Positions 1-10,281 are shown, counted from the stretch's first letter. The stretch is 64,000 nt of DNA from Acidobacteriota bacterium (GCA_040756905.1 JBFLYD010000069.1:10560-74559), one strand, 5' to 3'. The notes: generated by a model from the sequence alone, not told the origin. Translations and numbers: made by a program.

Positions 1-1418
1 AATAATCCAATAAGAAGCCAGAATCCAAACCTGATCCATGTAACCCATGGAAGGCTTATCATAAGATAAAAATTTGAAAGAATCCCCAGAATCGGAATTA
101 AAGGAACGAGAGGGGTCTTGAATGGTCTCTTTCGATTTGGTTCTTTGTATCTTAATACTATTATTCCTGTATTAACAAGAATAAATGCAAAAAGAGTCCC
201 TATATTTGTTAACTCTACCGCTTCATTTATATCAACGAAAGCTGCGAAAAACGCAACAAAAACTCCTGTTAAAATCGTGGTTACATGAGGTGTTTTAAAT
301 TTAGGATGAACAGAAGCAAATCTTTTTGGAAGGAGTCCATCCCTTGCCATAGAAAAGAAAATTCTCGGCTGCCCGAGCTGAAAAACAAGAAGTACTGCTG
401 TTGTGGCAATCAGAGCTCCAAAGGATATTATCCCAGAGGCCACGTTAAGGTTTAAATAATTTAAAGCTGTTGCGAGGGGTTCTGCTGTGGCTAATTTATC
501 ATAAGGGATCAACCCAGTGAGAACAGCAGTAACACCTATGTAGAGCAAAGTAGTTATCACAAGAGAACCGATAATCCCTATTGGCATATCCCTTTCTGGC
601 TTTCTACTTTCCTCTGCAGCTGTTGATATAGCATCAAATCCTATGTAGGCGAAAAATATAAGAGCTGCACCTGTCATAATTCCTTTCCATCCATTTGGTG
701 CAAAGGGTGTCCAATTATCTGGTTTCACGTAAAAAGCTCCGATTAATATAAAAAATAAAAGAATTACGATTTTAATAATAACCATTATTGAGTTAAAAGT
801 AGAACTTTCTTTTATTCCGATCACTAAAAGAACTGTTAAAAAAGCGACAATTAATACAGCTGGAAGGTTAATGATAAGTGGCAACCCAAATATATCAGGA
901 GCTGATTGTATTATTTCAGGTGTCCTTGCTGCTGTCCTATAATCAACACATAAATACGAAGGGATATTTATTCCAAAGCCTCTTAAGAATTCTTTAAAAT
1001 ATCCAGACCAACTTATCGCCACTGCCACATTTCCGACAGCATACTCAAGAATTAAATCCCATCCTATTATCCATGCAACAAGTTCTCCTAAGGTTACATA
1101 AGAATATGTGTATGCACTCCCAGATATAGGGATCATAGAGGCAAATTCAGAATAGGATAAAGCTGAAAAGCTACAGGCTATTGCAGTGATAATGAAAGAA
1201 ACTATTAGGGCAGGCCCTGCTCCTAAATGATGAGCTGAACCGGCTGCAGCAGTTCCCGTAGTGGCGAAAATCCCTGCTCCAACTACTGCACCAATTCCAA
1301 GGGCAATTAAATCAACAGGACCAAGAACCTTTTTAAGCCTGTGTTCTAACGTTTCCGAATCTTTTTTTATTTGATCAAGGGATTTTCTAACAAAAAAATT
1401 TCTGAAATTTATGAGCAA
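1..1418 (-). CDS. APC-family amino acid permease, 5-prime part; C-terminal end runs off the window edge
   Basis: Minus-strand frame reads LDQIKKDSETLEHRLKKVLGPVDLIALGIGAVVGAGIFATTG, the typical N-terminal signature of APC permeases. Likely TTG start at 1416-1418, preceded by AAGGAA. The ORF is open to position 1, so it is absent from the ORF track. Confidence 0.6.
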   Translation of the reverse strand, partial: MLINFRNFFVRKSLDQIKKDSETLEHRLKKVLGPVDLIALGIGAVVGAGIFATTGTAAAGSAHHLGAGPALIVSFIITAIACSFSALSYSEFASMIPISGSAYTYSYVTLGELVAWIIGWDLILEYAVGNVAVAISWSGYFKEFLRGFGINIPSYLCVDYRTAARTPEIIQSAPDIFGLPLIINLPAVLIVAFLTVLLVIGIKESSTFNSIMVIIKIVILLFFILIGAFYVKPDNWTPFAPNGWKGIMTGAALIFFAYIGFDAISTAAEESRKPERDMPIGIIGSLVITTLLYIGVTAVLTGLIPYDKLATAEPLATALNYLNLNVASGIISFGALIATTAVLLVFQLGQPRIFFSMARDGLLPKRFASVHPKFKTPHVTTILTGVFVAFFAAFVDINEAVELTNIGTLFAFILVNTGIIVLRYKEPNRKRPFKTPLVPLIPILGILSNFYLMISLPWVTWIRFGFWLLIGL

Positions 1419-1440
1419 TACTATTTCCTTCTTTAACCCA

Positions 1441-2673
1441 TCATATTATTTCATACCTCTTTCCTACTTTCTTAAACGCTTCAATCGCCTTAGCAAGATG
1501 CTCCTTTGTATGAGCTGCTGAAATCTGAACTCTAATTCTTGCCTGACCTTTCGGAACAACAGGATAAAAAAACCCTATCACATAAATCCCTTCATAATAT
1601 AAATCCCGAGCTATATCCTGAGCAAGTTTTGCTTCTCCAAGCATAATCGGAACAATGGGATGGATTCCTTCCTTAATTTTAAATCCCTTCTGGACCATCT
1701 TTTCCCTAAAATATGCTGTGTTCCATTCGAGTTGGTCTCTCAGCTCTGTTGTTCTTGAGAGCATCTCAAATGCTTTTATAGCAGCATAAACAATTGGAGG
1801 GGCAAGAGTGTTGGAAAATAGATATGGTCTGGATCGCTGTCTAAGTATCTCAATTATATCTTTTCTTCCAGAAGTAAACCCTCCTGAAGCTCCTCCCATT
1901 GCTTTTCCAAGGGTCGATGTAATGACATCAATCCTTCCCATCACATTGCAGAATTCAATGGAGCCTCTTCCTGTTTTTCCAAGAAATCCAGTGGCATGGG
2001 AATCATCAACCATAACAAGGGAATTATATTTTTCAGCGAGGTCACATATTTTATCGAGTTTTACAATATCTCCATCCATAGAAAAAACCCCATCAGTGGC
2101 AATCATTCTGAATCTGAAATTACCGCTCTCTTTTAACTTTTCCTCCAGATCTTCCATATCACCATGTTTGAAGACCTTCCTCTGGGCTTTGGATAATCTA
2201 ATTCCATCGATAATCGAAGCATGATTCAACTCATCAGAGATAACCACATCCTGCTCTTTAAGAACTGTTTCAAACAATCCTCCATTCGCATCAAAACATG
2301 ATGAGTAAAGTATCGTATCATCAGTTTGAAGAAATTCGCTTATAGTTCTTTCTAATTTTTTATGAATGTCCTGAGTTCCACATATGAATCTTACCGACGA
2401 CATTCCATACCCATGCTTTTCAAGCCCTTCTTTTGCTGCTGCAATTATTTCAGGGTGATTTCCAAGGCCTAAATAATTATTGGCACAGAAATTTAAAACC
2501 TCTTTTGGAGGCTCCTTCTCAGGGTATCTAACTGAAATGTTAGCTCCCTGGGGAGATACTATAATTCTTTCTTCTTTATAAAGACCTGCTTCTGACACCT
2601 CTTTTATTTCTCTCTGTAAAAATTCTTTTACATTCCCTATCATTTTAAACCTCCGATCATGGGAATAAGACAA
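1441..2673 (-). CDS. kbl: 2-amino-3-ketobutyrate CoA ligase (glycine C-acetyltransferase), PLP-dependent
   Basis: 410 aa with AOS-family motifs (FSMDGD, SKA lysine region). Overlaps tdh by 17 nt in the classic tdh-kbl arrangement. Confidence 0.85.
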   Translation of the reverse strand: MSYSHDRRFKMIGNVKEFLQREIKEVSEAGLYKEERIIVSPQGANISVRYPEKEPPKEVLNFCANNYLGLGNHPEIIAAAKEGLEKHGYGMSSVRFICGTQDIHKKLERTISEFLQTDDTILYSSCFDANGGLFETVLKEQDVVISDELNHASIIDGIRLSKAQRKVFKHGDMEDLEEKLKESGNFRFRMIATDGVFSMDGDIVKLDKICDLAEKYNSLVMVDDSHATGFLGKTGRGSIEFCNVMGRIDVITSTLGKAMGGASGGFTSGRKDIIEILRQRSRPYLFSNTLAPPIVYAAIKAFEMLSRTTELRDQLEWNTAYFREKMVQKGFKIKEGIHPIVPIMLGEAKLAQDIARDLYYEGIYVIGFFYPVVPKGQARIRVQISAAHTKEHLAKAIEAFKKVGKRYEII

Positions 2674-3700
2674 TTTTTCCAGAAACTTTCGGGATTGCCA
2701 TCATAAGCTCAAAACCTTTTTTGAAGTCTTCAAGCTTAAATTTATGAGTTATTACAGGAGATATATCAAGCCTTTTATATTTCAATAAATTTGTTGTTTT
2801 AACCCATGTATTAAACATTTCTCTTCCATTTATTCCATAAATTGTTGCACCTTTAAATATTATTCCATTATTTATATCAACATTAACTGAATCAGGAGTG
2901 ATTCCAAAAGCTGAAAAAGCTCCTCCTTTCCTTAATACTTTTAATCCCTGATCTATTGTCTCCTGAACACCTGCCATTTCAAGGACAACATCAACCCCAT
3001 TTCCTTCTGTTTTCTCCATTATAAAAGACACTGTGTCAATTTCATTATTATTTAAGGCGAAATCGGCTCCCATTTTTTCTGCTATCTTAAGTCTTACCGG
3101 ATTGAGCCCTACGCAAAATATCAAAGCAGCTCCTGATAATCTTGCAATTCCAACAGAAAATAGACCAATGGGTCCATCCCCAAATATGGCCACAGTTCTT
3201 CCGATGAGGTCATGGACAGTTGTTGCATACACGGCATTTCCAAGAGGTTCTTCAATGGATGCGAATTCAGGAGGTATTGATTTATCATTCTTCCAGGCTA
3301 TAACTTCAGGAATTGCAATGTATTCTGAAAAAGCTCCATCGGTATCGAGACTCAGGATCTTCAGATTCTTGCAGAGATGTTGTTGACCTGATAAACATTG
3401 GATGCAATTATTACATGGAATATGAGTTTCAGCTGATACATAATCTCCTACTTTTAATCTTTTCGCTTCTCTTCCAGTTTTGACTATTTCACCGCAAAAT
3501 TCATGTCCCATTATCTGAGGGAATCTTTTCACCCTTTCACTCGCCCATTTATTCCATTCGTATATGTGGACATCTGTTCCACATATAGAAGCTGCTTTAA
3601 TCTTTACAAGAACTTCATCTGGTTCTGGCTCTGGCATATCAATTTCTATTAATTCTGCTCCTGGCTTTGGCTCAACTTTACAAACTGCTCTCATCCTCAT
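2657..3700 (-). CDS. tdh: L-threonine 3-dehydrogenase (zinc-dependent MDR family)
   Basis: [50 protein letters not shown] and C-terminal GKIVLFP match Tdh closely. Probable true start is the second ATG (3692-3694), 9 nt after GAGGAGGGG. Confidence 0.85.
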   Translation of the reverse strand: MRMRAVCKVEPKPGAELIEIDMPEPEPDEVLVKIKAASICGTDVHIYEWNKWASERVKRFPQIMGHEFCGEIVKTGREAKRLKVGDYVSAETHIPCNNCIQCLSGQQHLCKNLKILSLDTDGAFSEYIAIPEVIAWKNDKSIPPEFASIEEPLGNAVYATTVHDLIGRTVAIFGDGPIGLFSVGIARLSGAALIFCVGLNPVRLKIAEKMGADFALNNNEIDTVSFIMEKTEGNGVDVVLEMAGVQETIDQGLKVLRKGGAFSAFGITPDSVNVDINNGIIFKGATIYGINGREMFNTWVKTTNLLKYKRLDISPVITHKFKLEDFKKGFELMMAIPKVSGKIVLFP

Positions 3701-3734
3701 TAGCCCCTCCTCTTAAAAAATACAGGAAAACAAT

Positions 3735-3768
3735 AGAAAAAAATATATTTTTTAATTTTTTATGTCAA
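3735..3768 (-). promoter_or_regulatory. Candidate sigma-70-type promoter for tdh-kbl (TTGACA -35 with a TATATT/TATTTT -10 downstream)
   Basis: Minus-sense TTGACA (plus 3763-3768) followed 15-17 nt later by a TATATT/TATTTT -10, about 40 nt upstream of the tdh RBS. Confidence 0.3.
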
Positions 3769-3781
3769 ATTAAAATTATAT

Positions 3782-4753
3782 TTAATGTTGATTTATATTG
3801 ATTAAATTTTTAATTCCTTCAGAGAATTTTATCTTTGGAGAGTAATTTAGATGATTTTTTGCTTTTTCAATTGAAAGAGGTTTGTTTTTTATAAAAAAGC
3901 CGATGCTTGATTTATTCAAAGGAATATCAATTCCAAGAGGCTTAAATGCATTTTGGGATAACCAAGAACAAATTTTTCCAAGCCATAAAGGTACATTAAC
4001 CGGTTCAGATTCTTTTTCCAGAACTCTATATATTGTCAATATCATATCTTTAATACTCAAAATCTCATCTCCAGCGATGTTATATATTTCTCCGTTTTTC
4101 CCTTTTTCATAAGTTAAAAAAATTCCATTAATCAGATCATCTACATAAACAGGCGTCTGAAGATTTTCGCCATTCCCTATCATAAAAAAATAGCCATTTT
4201 TTATCGCCTCAATCAATCTATAAATTCTCTTATCCTCAGGGCCATAAACCCAACCAGGGCGAACTATTATAACATCCATTTCCTTGGTAATATATTCTCT
4301 GCATACTTTCTCAGCCTCAGCTTTTGTCCTTTCATATGAATCCATAGGTGACAGAGGATATGTTTCATCTGCGATCATCCCAACCACTGTGCCCAGTACT
4401 CCTGCCGAGCTAACATGAACAAATCTCTTCACGTTATTTTTCAACGAAGCATCGAGAAGATTTTTTGTTCCAATTACATTTATTTCATAAAATTTTTTTT
4501 CTGAAATTGACTCAGAAGCCATTGCAGCAGCGAGATGAAATACAACATCAATTTCATTCAAACCTTTTTCTAACAAATCTTTATTCTTTATATCCCCTTC
4601 TATAATTTCAATTTTTTTGGTTTTTTTATCAACTTTATTCAAATTGATAGGTCTTCTATGTTTTAAGATTTTTAACTCCAACCCTCTATTTGCAAGATAC
4701 CCAATTAAATGGGTCCCTATAAAACCTGAACCCCCAGTTACAAAACATTTCAT
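3782..4753 (-). CDS. NAD-dependent epimerase/dehydratase (extended SDR)
   Basis: N-terminal GGSGFIGTHL Rossmann motif and a YxxxK catalytic pair (SYERTK); 323 aa. Confidence 0.7.
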   Translation of the reverse strand: MKCFVTGGSGFIGTHLIGYLANRGLELKILKHRRPINLNKVDKKTKKIEIIEGDIKNKDLLEKGLNEIDVVFHLAAAMASESISEKKFYEINVIGTKNLLDASLKNNVKRFVHVSSAGVLGTVVGMIADETYPLSPMDSYERTKAEAEKVCREYITKEMDVIIVRPGWVYGPEDKRIYRLIEAIKNGYFFMIGNGENLQTPVYVDDLINGIFLTYEKGKNGEIYNIAGDEILSIKDMILTIYRVLEKESEPVNVPLWLGKICSWLSQNAFKPLGIDIPLNKSSIGFFIKNKPLSIEKAKNHLNYSPKIKFSEGIKNLININQH

Positions 4754-4777
4754 ATTTTCTGCTCCAATGTGTGTTAT

Positions 4778-5434
4778 TTAACTTTTAATTTTTCTAACGA
4801 GGAAGTTGCTCCATTCCTCAATACCTGCCCCTGTCTTACACGAGACTTCGAAAATTTCAAGACTTGGATTTATTTCTAAAGCATTTTTCTTTAAAACCTC
4901 CAAATCGGTATCGCAAAAATCTTTAAGGTCTATCTTATTTATTATCAGCACTCTTGATTCTCTAAACATTAAAGGATACTTTTTTGGCTTATCATGACCT
5001 TCAGGAACACTCAATATCATAACCTTCATATCCTCTCCTACTTTGAATTCAGCAGGACAAACAAGGTTTCCTACATTTTCAATAATCAAAAGATCTATAT
5101 CATTGAATTTGAAATGAGGTAGAGCTTCACTTACCATATAAGCATTTAAATGACATTCTCCACCTGTATTTATCTGAATTACTGGAATATGATATTTTTC
5201 GAGTCTTTCTGAATCAATGGATGAAGTGATGTCTCCTTCCAACACGGCAATTTTTATTGAGTTTTTTAAAAAATCTATCGTTTTCTCAATTAAAGATGTT
5301 TTTCCTGCGCCAGGAGCGCTCATTAAATTCACTGCAAAAACATTATTTTTTTCAAAAATTTCTCGATTTGAAGCTGCAATTTTTTCATTCTCTTCCAACA
5401 CATCAGTAAAAATATTTATGATTTTTACTGCCAT
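4778..5434 (-). CDS. hypB: Hydrogenase nickel incorporation GTPase HypB
   Basis: P-loop SAPGAGKTS and the ENVGNLVCPA signature of HypB/UreG; immediately downstream of hypA. Confidence 0.8.
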   Translation of the reverse strand: MAVKIINIFTDVLEENEKIAASNREIFEKNNVFAVNLMSAPGAGKTSLIEKTIDFLKNSIKIAVLEGDITSSIDSERLEKYHIPVIQINTGGECHLNAYMVSEALPHFKFNDIDLLIIENVGNLVCPAEFKVGEDMKVMILSVPEGHDKPKKYPLMFRESRVLIINKIDLKDFCDTDLEVLKKNALEINPSLEIFEVSCKTGAGIEEWSNFLVRKIKS

Positions 5435-5775
5435 TATTGAACTTCCATAAAATCAATCGTAAGTTCTCTTCCTGAAATCATCTCTACTTCTCTGCTCATA
5501 CATTCTGGACAAACGAATGCGAAATCTTCCACAAAAAACTCTCTTCTACAGTTCTTACATTTTCCCCTGATGGGAATCTTTTCTATATCAAGCTTTGCAT
5601 TTCCAGCAATGCTTCCTTTACTCAAAATATTGAAGTAGAAGCTAACACATTCAGGGACAATGTTTGTAATCTCACCGATCTTTAATTTTATTTTTATTAT
5701 ACGTTTTGCACCTGCTCTGTTAGCTTCTTCAAGACAAATCCTCAGAATTTCTTCAGTAATAGATAATTCGTGAAT
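5434..5775 (-). CDS. hypA: Hydrogenase maturation factor HypA, full length, with apparent ATT initiation; the ORF track shows only the C-terminal 63 aa
   Basis: Extending the 63-aa ORF upstream in frame gives IHELSITEEILRICLEEANRAGAKRIIKIKLKIGEITNIVPECVSFYFNILSKGSIAGNA...CKNCRREF...CPEC, i.e. the canonical HypA N-terminus (MHELS...) plus the CxxC...CxxC zinc site. No ATG/GTG/TTG lies in frame before the upstream stop. AGGAAGGG sits 4 nt before the ATT at 5773-5775. Confidence 0.6.
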   Translation of the reverse strand: MHELSITEEILRICLEEANRAGAKRIIKIKLKIGEITNIVPECVSFYFNILSKGSIAGNAKLDIEKIPIRGKCKNCRREFFVEDFAFVCPECMSREVEMISGRELTIDFMEVQ

Positions 5776-5785
5776 TTTTCCCTTC

Positions 5786-6226
5786 CTATTCTGATTTTTT
5801 TCTTTCCATATATTCTTTTAAACCTTGCTCAAGAACATCCCAAGAAAGAATTGCACACTTTATCCTTACAGGAATCACTCTCACACCTTTTAAAGCTTTA
5901 AGATCTCCAAGTTCTTCCACATCATCTCTATTCTCAAGAAGCATTCCTTTAAATTTTTTTATTATATTTTCTACCTCTTCAAGACTCTTATCCTTTATTA
6001 TTTCTGTCATCATAGAAGCAGAAGCACGGCTAATTGAACATCCTGTACCAGTAAATCTAACATCCTTTATCCTGCCATCAGATATTGCAAGTTCTAAATA
6101 AATTTCATCTCCACACAATGGATTCATTCCTTCGGAAACTAAATCGGATTGTTCAAGCTTTCCAAAATTTTTTGGTTTGTTATAATGTTCTAATATAACT
6201 TCTTTATAAATTTCATCTAATTCCAT
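5786..6226 (-). CDS. sufU: SUF-system zinc-dependent sulfur transfer protein SufU
   Basis: Strong resemblance to Bacillus SufU: YKEVILEHYNKPKN, NPLCGDEIYL, GTGCSISRASASMMTE, RIKCAILSWDVLEQG. Confidence 0.85.
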   Translation of the reverse strand: MELDEIYKEVILEHYNKPKNFGKLEQSDLVSEGMNPLCGDEIYLELAISDGRIKDVRFTGTGCSISRASASMMTEIIKDKSLEEVENIIKKFKGMLLENRDDVEELGDLKALKGVRVIPVRIKCAILSWDVLEQGLKEYMERKKSE

Positions 6227-7445
6227 GACTGAATATCTCTCTTACTTTTTTTAAGGCATTCATAAGTATATCAATTTCTTCTTTTTCATTGTATATGTAA
6301 AAACTTGCTCTAACAGTTGCAGGAACATTCAATTTTCTCATTAATGGCTGTGCACAATGATGCCCTGCTCTGATTGCAATCCCTTCATAATCAAGAACTG
6401 TTCCTACATCATGGGAATGAATAGTTCTGAAATTAAAAGATATCACCCCTCCCCTTATTTCCTCTTTCATCGGCCCATAAAGAATAATATCGTCAAGTTC
6501 TTTCATTTTTTCGAGAGCATAAAAAGTAAGTTCTCTTTCGATATTTCTAACATTATCCATTCCTAATTTTTCAAGATAATCCACTGCTTTCTTTAAACCA
6601 ATTGCTCCGCTTACGTTTGGAGTTCCTGCTTCAAATTTCCAAGGTAATTCATTAAAGGTAGCTCTATCATACCAGACCTGACTTATCATCTCGCCTCCTC
6701 CCATGAATGGGTCCATCTCTTCAAGAATCTTTTCTTTTGCGAATAAAATTCCGATTCCCATTGGTCCCAGCATCTTATGTCCGGAAAATGCAAAGAAATC
6801 ACAATCAATATCCTGAACATCGACTTTGAAGTGGGGCGCTGATTGAGCGCCATCTATGAGAACAAGAGAATTATTTTTATGGGCTAATTTAGTTATTTCT
6901 TTAACAGGATTAATCGTCCCCAATACGTTTGACATATGAGTCAATGCTACAATTTTTGTCTTTTCTGTCAGTAGTTTCTCGATGCTTTCAGAATCAAGAG
7001 TTCCGTCCTCAAGAACTGGAATAAATTTAAGTTTTGCTTTCTTCTCTCTTGAAATAAACTGCCATGGTATCAAATTGCTGTGATGTTCCATTTCAGTGAG
7101 AAGAATCTCATCACCTTCGCCTATAAATTTTCTTGCCCATGCGTATGCAACTAAATTTATAGCTTCAGTTGTATTTCTCACAAATATAATATTTTTAAAA
7201 GAAGGAGCGTTGATAAACTTTGCAATTCGAAACCTCGCATCTTCATAATTCTTAGTTGCCTCTTCAGAAAGTAGATAAATTCCCCTATGAACATTTGAAT
7301 TTTGAGCTTTGTAGTATTCGGAGATGGCTTCAATAACAGAAACAGGCTTTTGAGTTGTTGCTGCATTATCTAAATAAATTAAAGGCTTTCCTCTTATTAG
7401 AACGCTTAAAATTGGGAAATCTTTTCTGATTTCATTCACATTCAT
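6213..7445 (-). CDS. sufS: Cysteine desulfurase SufS (class II aminotransferase V)
   Basis: HKMLGPMGIGILF PLP-lysine region and RAGHHCAQPLM active-site cysteine loop; overlaps sufU. Confidence 0.85.
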   Translation of the reverse strand: MNVNEIRKDFPILSVLIRGKPLIYLDNAATTQKPVSVIEAISEYYKAQNSNVHRGIYLLSEEATKNYEDARFRIAKFINAPSFKNIIFVRNTTEAINLVAYAWARKFIGEGDEILLTEMEHHSNLIPWQFISREKKAKLKFIPVLEDGTLDSESIEKLLTEKTKIVALTHMSNVLGTINPVKEITKLAHKNNSLVLIDGAQSAPHFKVDVQDIDCDFFAFSGHKMLGPMGIGILFAKEKILEEMDPFMGGGEMISQVWYDRATFNELPWKFEAGTPNVSGAIGLKKAVDYLEKLGMDNVRNIERELTFYALEKMKELDDIILYGPMKEEIRGGVISFNFRTIHSHDVGTVLDYEGIAIRAGHHCAQPLMRKLNVPATVRASFYIYNEKEEIDILMNALKKVREIFSHGIR

Positions 7446-7474
7446 TTATTACCCCTCAAAATTAATTGTTTAGC

Positions 7475-8671
7475 TCAGAATTGAACATCAGTAAGTCTTT
7501 TTTCGATTACTCTTTCCATTCTGCTTATTATCCTATCATCTTCAACATTTCTGATTAATGAATCATAAAATCCTCTTATCAGAAGTTTCTTAGCTTCTCT
7601 TTTTTCCAATCCACGAGTTATCATATAAAATACTTTCTGGAAATTCAATGGAGCTACTGAAGCCCCATGGGATGCCTGACAATCATCCTCTTCAATCCAT
7701 AAAGATGGAATTGCATCTGCTTTTGCTTTTTCCCCTAAAAGGAGGATATCACCTTTCTGAGAAACTTTAGATTTCCTTGCCCCCTTTTTTATATGGGCAT
7801 TTGCTCGATAAATCGCCATTGATTCATCAAAAATTGAACCCTTTACTCTTATCGAACTCTCCGTTCCAGGCCCTGAATGAATTGCTTCATAGAGATGGTC
7901 AATTTTCTGATTTTGCTTACTGATAAACATTGAAGTAAGGTTGGCTTTTGAATTTGTACCATTCAAATTGCTCTGAACGTTTATTGAGGAAATTTCTGAG
8001 CCAATTTCTTCCAGATTCCATAAAATACTTGAGTTATTTCCAAGAAAAGATTTTCCATAAAATACATTAAGATATTTTTCTCCTAAGTTCTGTATATGAA
8101 TTAATTTAGCTTTAGCTCCTTCATCAAGAAAAACAACTGTTAAAGAGTTTCTAAAGCCTGTTTTATTACTATTCCTTGCTCTACTTTCATCAAGATAAAC
8201 AAACTCACTGTTTTTCTTTCCTATTATCAGATTAAAAGAAAAAATGTCCGAATCGGCTCTTGTACATGAAAAAATTGGTTCTTTTAACTTTGAACTTTCA
8301 GGGACAAATAAAAAATTTCCTGATCTCCACAGAAGCCAGAGTAAAGACATCAATTTTTTTTCCTGGTCATGAATTTCTATCTTCTCAATGGATTCTTTTA
8401 CTAAATCAGGATAATTTTTCAGAGCATCGGAAATATCAGTAAAAATAAATGACTCTGTTGATGAAGATTTTCTTTTTATAAAAAATCCCGGCTTGGTTAA
8501 GTTGACAAAATCAATTTTAAGTCCATTCCAAAAATTCAAATCTAACTTTAATCTTTTCCATACAGGAAAATTCGACTCCTGAAAAATCTTAAGAGCATTT
8601 TCTCTTTTTTCCCTTAACCACTCAGGATTACCCTTCCATATTTTCTCAAGGATCTCTTGCTCTATTTTCAT
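7475..8671 (-). CDS. sufD: Fe-S cluster assembly protein SufD
   Basis: C-terminal SufBD-type beta-helix region (MITRGLEKREAKKLLIRGF); position between sufB and sufS. Confidence 0.75.
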   Translation of the reverse strand: MKIEQEILEKIWKGNPEWLREKRENALKIFQESNFPVWKRLKLDLNFWNGLKIDFVNLTKPGFFIKRKSSSTESFIFTDISDALKNYPDLVKESIEKIEIHDQEKKLMSLLWLLWRSGNFLFVPESSKLKEPIFSCTRADSDIFSFNLIIGKKNSEFVYLDESRARNSNKTGFRNSLTVVFLDEGAKAKLIHIQNLGEKYLNVFYGKSFLGNNSSILWNLEEIGSEISSINVQSNLNGTNSKANLTSMFISKQNQKIDHLYEAIHSGPGTESSIRVKGSIFDESMAIYRANAHIKKGARKSKVSQKGDILLLGEKAKADAIPSLWIEEDDCQASHGASVAPLNFQKVFYMITRGLEKREAKKLLIRGFYDSLIRNVEDDRIISRMERVIEKRLTDVQF

Positions 8672-8677
8672 CTCAAG

Positions 8678-8866
8678 CTATTGTGCTGTCTCATAAATAT
8701 CTTCAATTACAAACAACTTCCTCTGAAGCACCATGAAGGGGCATGGGGAAGGAACTTCCCCATGTCTGGGGTGTGCTTAGCGAAGCGTCTAAGGAGATCT
8801 TTCTCCCATAGGGAAAGTGTCGTGTCACAATAGAATAATGAAAGACATTTAGGTGACACGACACTA
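8678..8866 (-). repeat. Copy A of a ~180-nt GC-rich structured repeat (candidate structured RNA or MITE), intercistronic between sufB and sufD
   Basis: Minus-sense sequence starts 3 nt after the sufB stop and ends 6 nt before the sufD ATG. It aligns along its length with 33517-33692 (+). Shared blocks include TAGTGTC..GTGACA..GACACTTTCCCTATGGG, GCTaAGCACnCCCCAGACATGGGGAAGT and AAGATATTTATGnGACAGCACAnTAG. Confidence 0.55.
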
Positions 8867-8868
8867 TT

Positions 8869-10269
8869 TCAACCAACAGCTCCTTCCATTTCAAGCTGGA
8901 TAAGTCTGTTCAATTCCACTGCATATTCCATAGGTAGCTCTCTTGCCACAGGTTCGATGAATCCTCTCACTACTAAAGCTGTGGCCTCTGCTTCCGAAAG
9001 CCCCCGACTCATAAGATAAAAAATCTTTTCCTCGCTTATTTTTCCAGCTGTTGCTTCATGAACAACTTCAACATTATCGGTGTGAATTTCGAGGATTGGA
9101 ATTGTGTCTGCTTTTGACTTTTCATCAAGGATAAGCCCCTGACAGCTTACACTACATTTTGAATTCTCAGCTCCCTCAACAATTTTAACAAGCCCTCTGT
9201 ATGTGGAAACGCCTCCATCTTTACTTATACTCTTGGAAACAACCACAGAACTTGTGCGGGGGGCTAAATGAATAACTTTTGCCCCTGTATCTTTTCTCTG
9301 GCCTTCTCCAGCAAATGCAATATTAAGATGCTCTGCTTTTGCTCCTCTGCCAACAAGAACTGATCCGGGGTATAGCATTGTAATACCACTTCCCAGAGAG
9401 CCACCCACCCATTCAATAATCCCATCTTTTCCAACAATTGCTCTTTTTGTGTTCAGATTATAAACATCCCTGCTCCAGTTCTGAATCGTTGTATATCTTG
9501 CTCTTGCATCCTCCTTTACAAATATTTCAACAACTGCTGAATGGAGAGATGAAAGACTGTAAAAAGGTGCTGTGCATCCCTCTATATAATGGACATAGCT
9601 TCCTTTTTCAGCAATAATCAAGGTATGCTCAAACTGACCACTCTGGGCAGCATTCATCCTGAAATAACTCTGAAGAGGAAAAGGAACATTAACTCCTTCT
9701 GGAACATACACAAAACTCCCTCCACTCCATACTGCTCCATGAAGGGCGGCAAATTTATTATCTGTATCTGGAACACATTTTGTCATAAAATATTCTTTTA
9801 CAATTTCAGGATAATTTTTCACTGCAGTATCCATGTCGCAAAAAATTACCCCTTTATTTTCTAAATGAGTTCTCAAGCTTTCATAAACTGCTTCTGATTC
9901 ATATTGAGCTACAACTCCTGCTAAAAACTTCCTCTCAGCTTCAGGAATTCCAAGTTTTTCATAGGTTCTCCTTATGTTCTCAGGAACATCCTCCCAGCTC
10001 CTCGCTTTTATTTCACCTGGTCTTATGTAAAAAGTAATATCATCAAAATTAAGACCTGATAAATCAGGGCCAAAATTTGGCATTGGCTTTTTTATGAATA
10101 TCTCATAAGCTCTCAATCTCTTTTCTCTCATCCAATCTGGTTCATTTTTTATATATGAGATTTCCTCTATTATCTCTCTGGATAAGCCTTTTTTTGCCCT
10201 GTAAGAATATTCTTCAGGATTTGGTATATCAATAAATTTTTTCCCTATCTCAAATATTTTTTTATTCAT
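8869..10269 (-). CDS. sufB: Fe-S cluster assembly protein SufB
   Basis: 466 aa with characteristic SufB motifs (CTAPFYS..LHSAVVEI, FAGEGQ, GAKVIHLAP). Confidence 0.9.
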   Translation of the reverse strand: MNKKIFEIGKKFIDIPNPEEYSYRAKKGLSREIIEEISYIKNEPDWMREKRLRAYEIFIKKPMPNFGPDLSGLNFDDITFYIRPGEIKARSWEDVPENIRRTYEKLGIPEAERKFLAGVVAQYESEAVYESLRTHLENKGVIFCDMDTAVKNYPEIVKEYFMTKCVPDTDNKFAALHGAVWSGGSFVYVPEGVNVPFPLQSYFRMNAAQSGQFEHTLIIAEKGSYVHYIEGCTAPFYSLSSLHSAVVEIFVKEDARARYTTIQNWSRDVYNLNTKRAIVGKDGIIEWVGGSLGSGITMLYPGSVLVGRGAKAEHLNIAFAGEGQRKDTGAKVIHLAPRTSSVVVSKSISKDGGVSTYRGLVKIVEGAENSKCSVSCQGLILDEKSKADTIPILEIHTDNVEVVHEATAGKISEEKIFYLMSRGLSEAEATALVVRGFIEPVARELPMEYAVELNRLIQLEMEGAVG

Positions 10270-10281
10270 CCCATAAACTCT

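Noticed and set aside
1808-2224. Antisense or alternate-frame ORFs embedded in well-supported genes (1808-2224, 3033-3386, 12801-13073, 21234-21629, 21327-21599, 22020-22271, 36740-37057, 39104-39574, 42319-42795, 60659-61002)
   Set aside because: Each is fully contained in a longer ORF with clear homology-like motifs on the other strand or frame, with no independent start context.
5434-5625. Interpreting the 63-aa hypA ORF as a truncated pseudogene
   Set aside because: The upstream in-frame sequence encodes the conserved HypA N-terminus with a strong SD, so a full-length gene with non-canonical ATT start (or single-base error) is more parsimonious.
8703-8894. 63-aa ORF (minus) inside the sufB-sufD spacer
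   Set aside because: It lies wholly within the structured repeat, which aligns at nucleotide level with 33517-33692, where no equivalent ORF exists. GC-rich hairpins, not coding constraint, explain the open frame.
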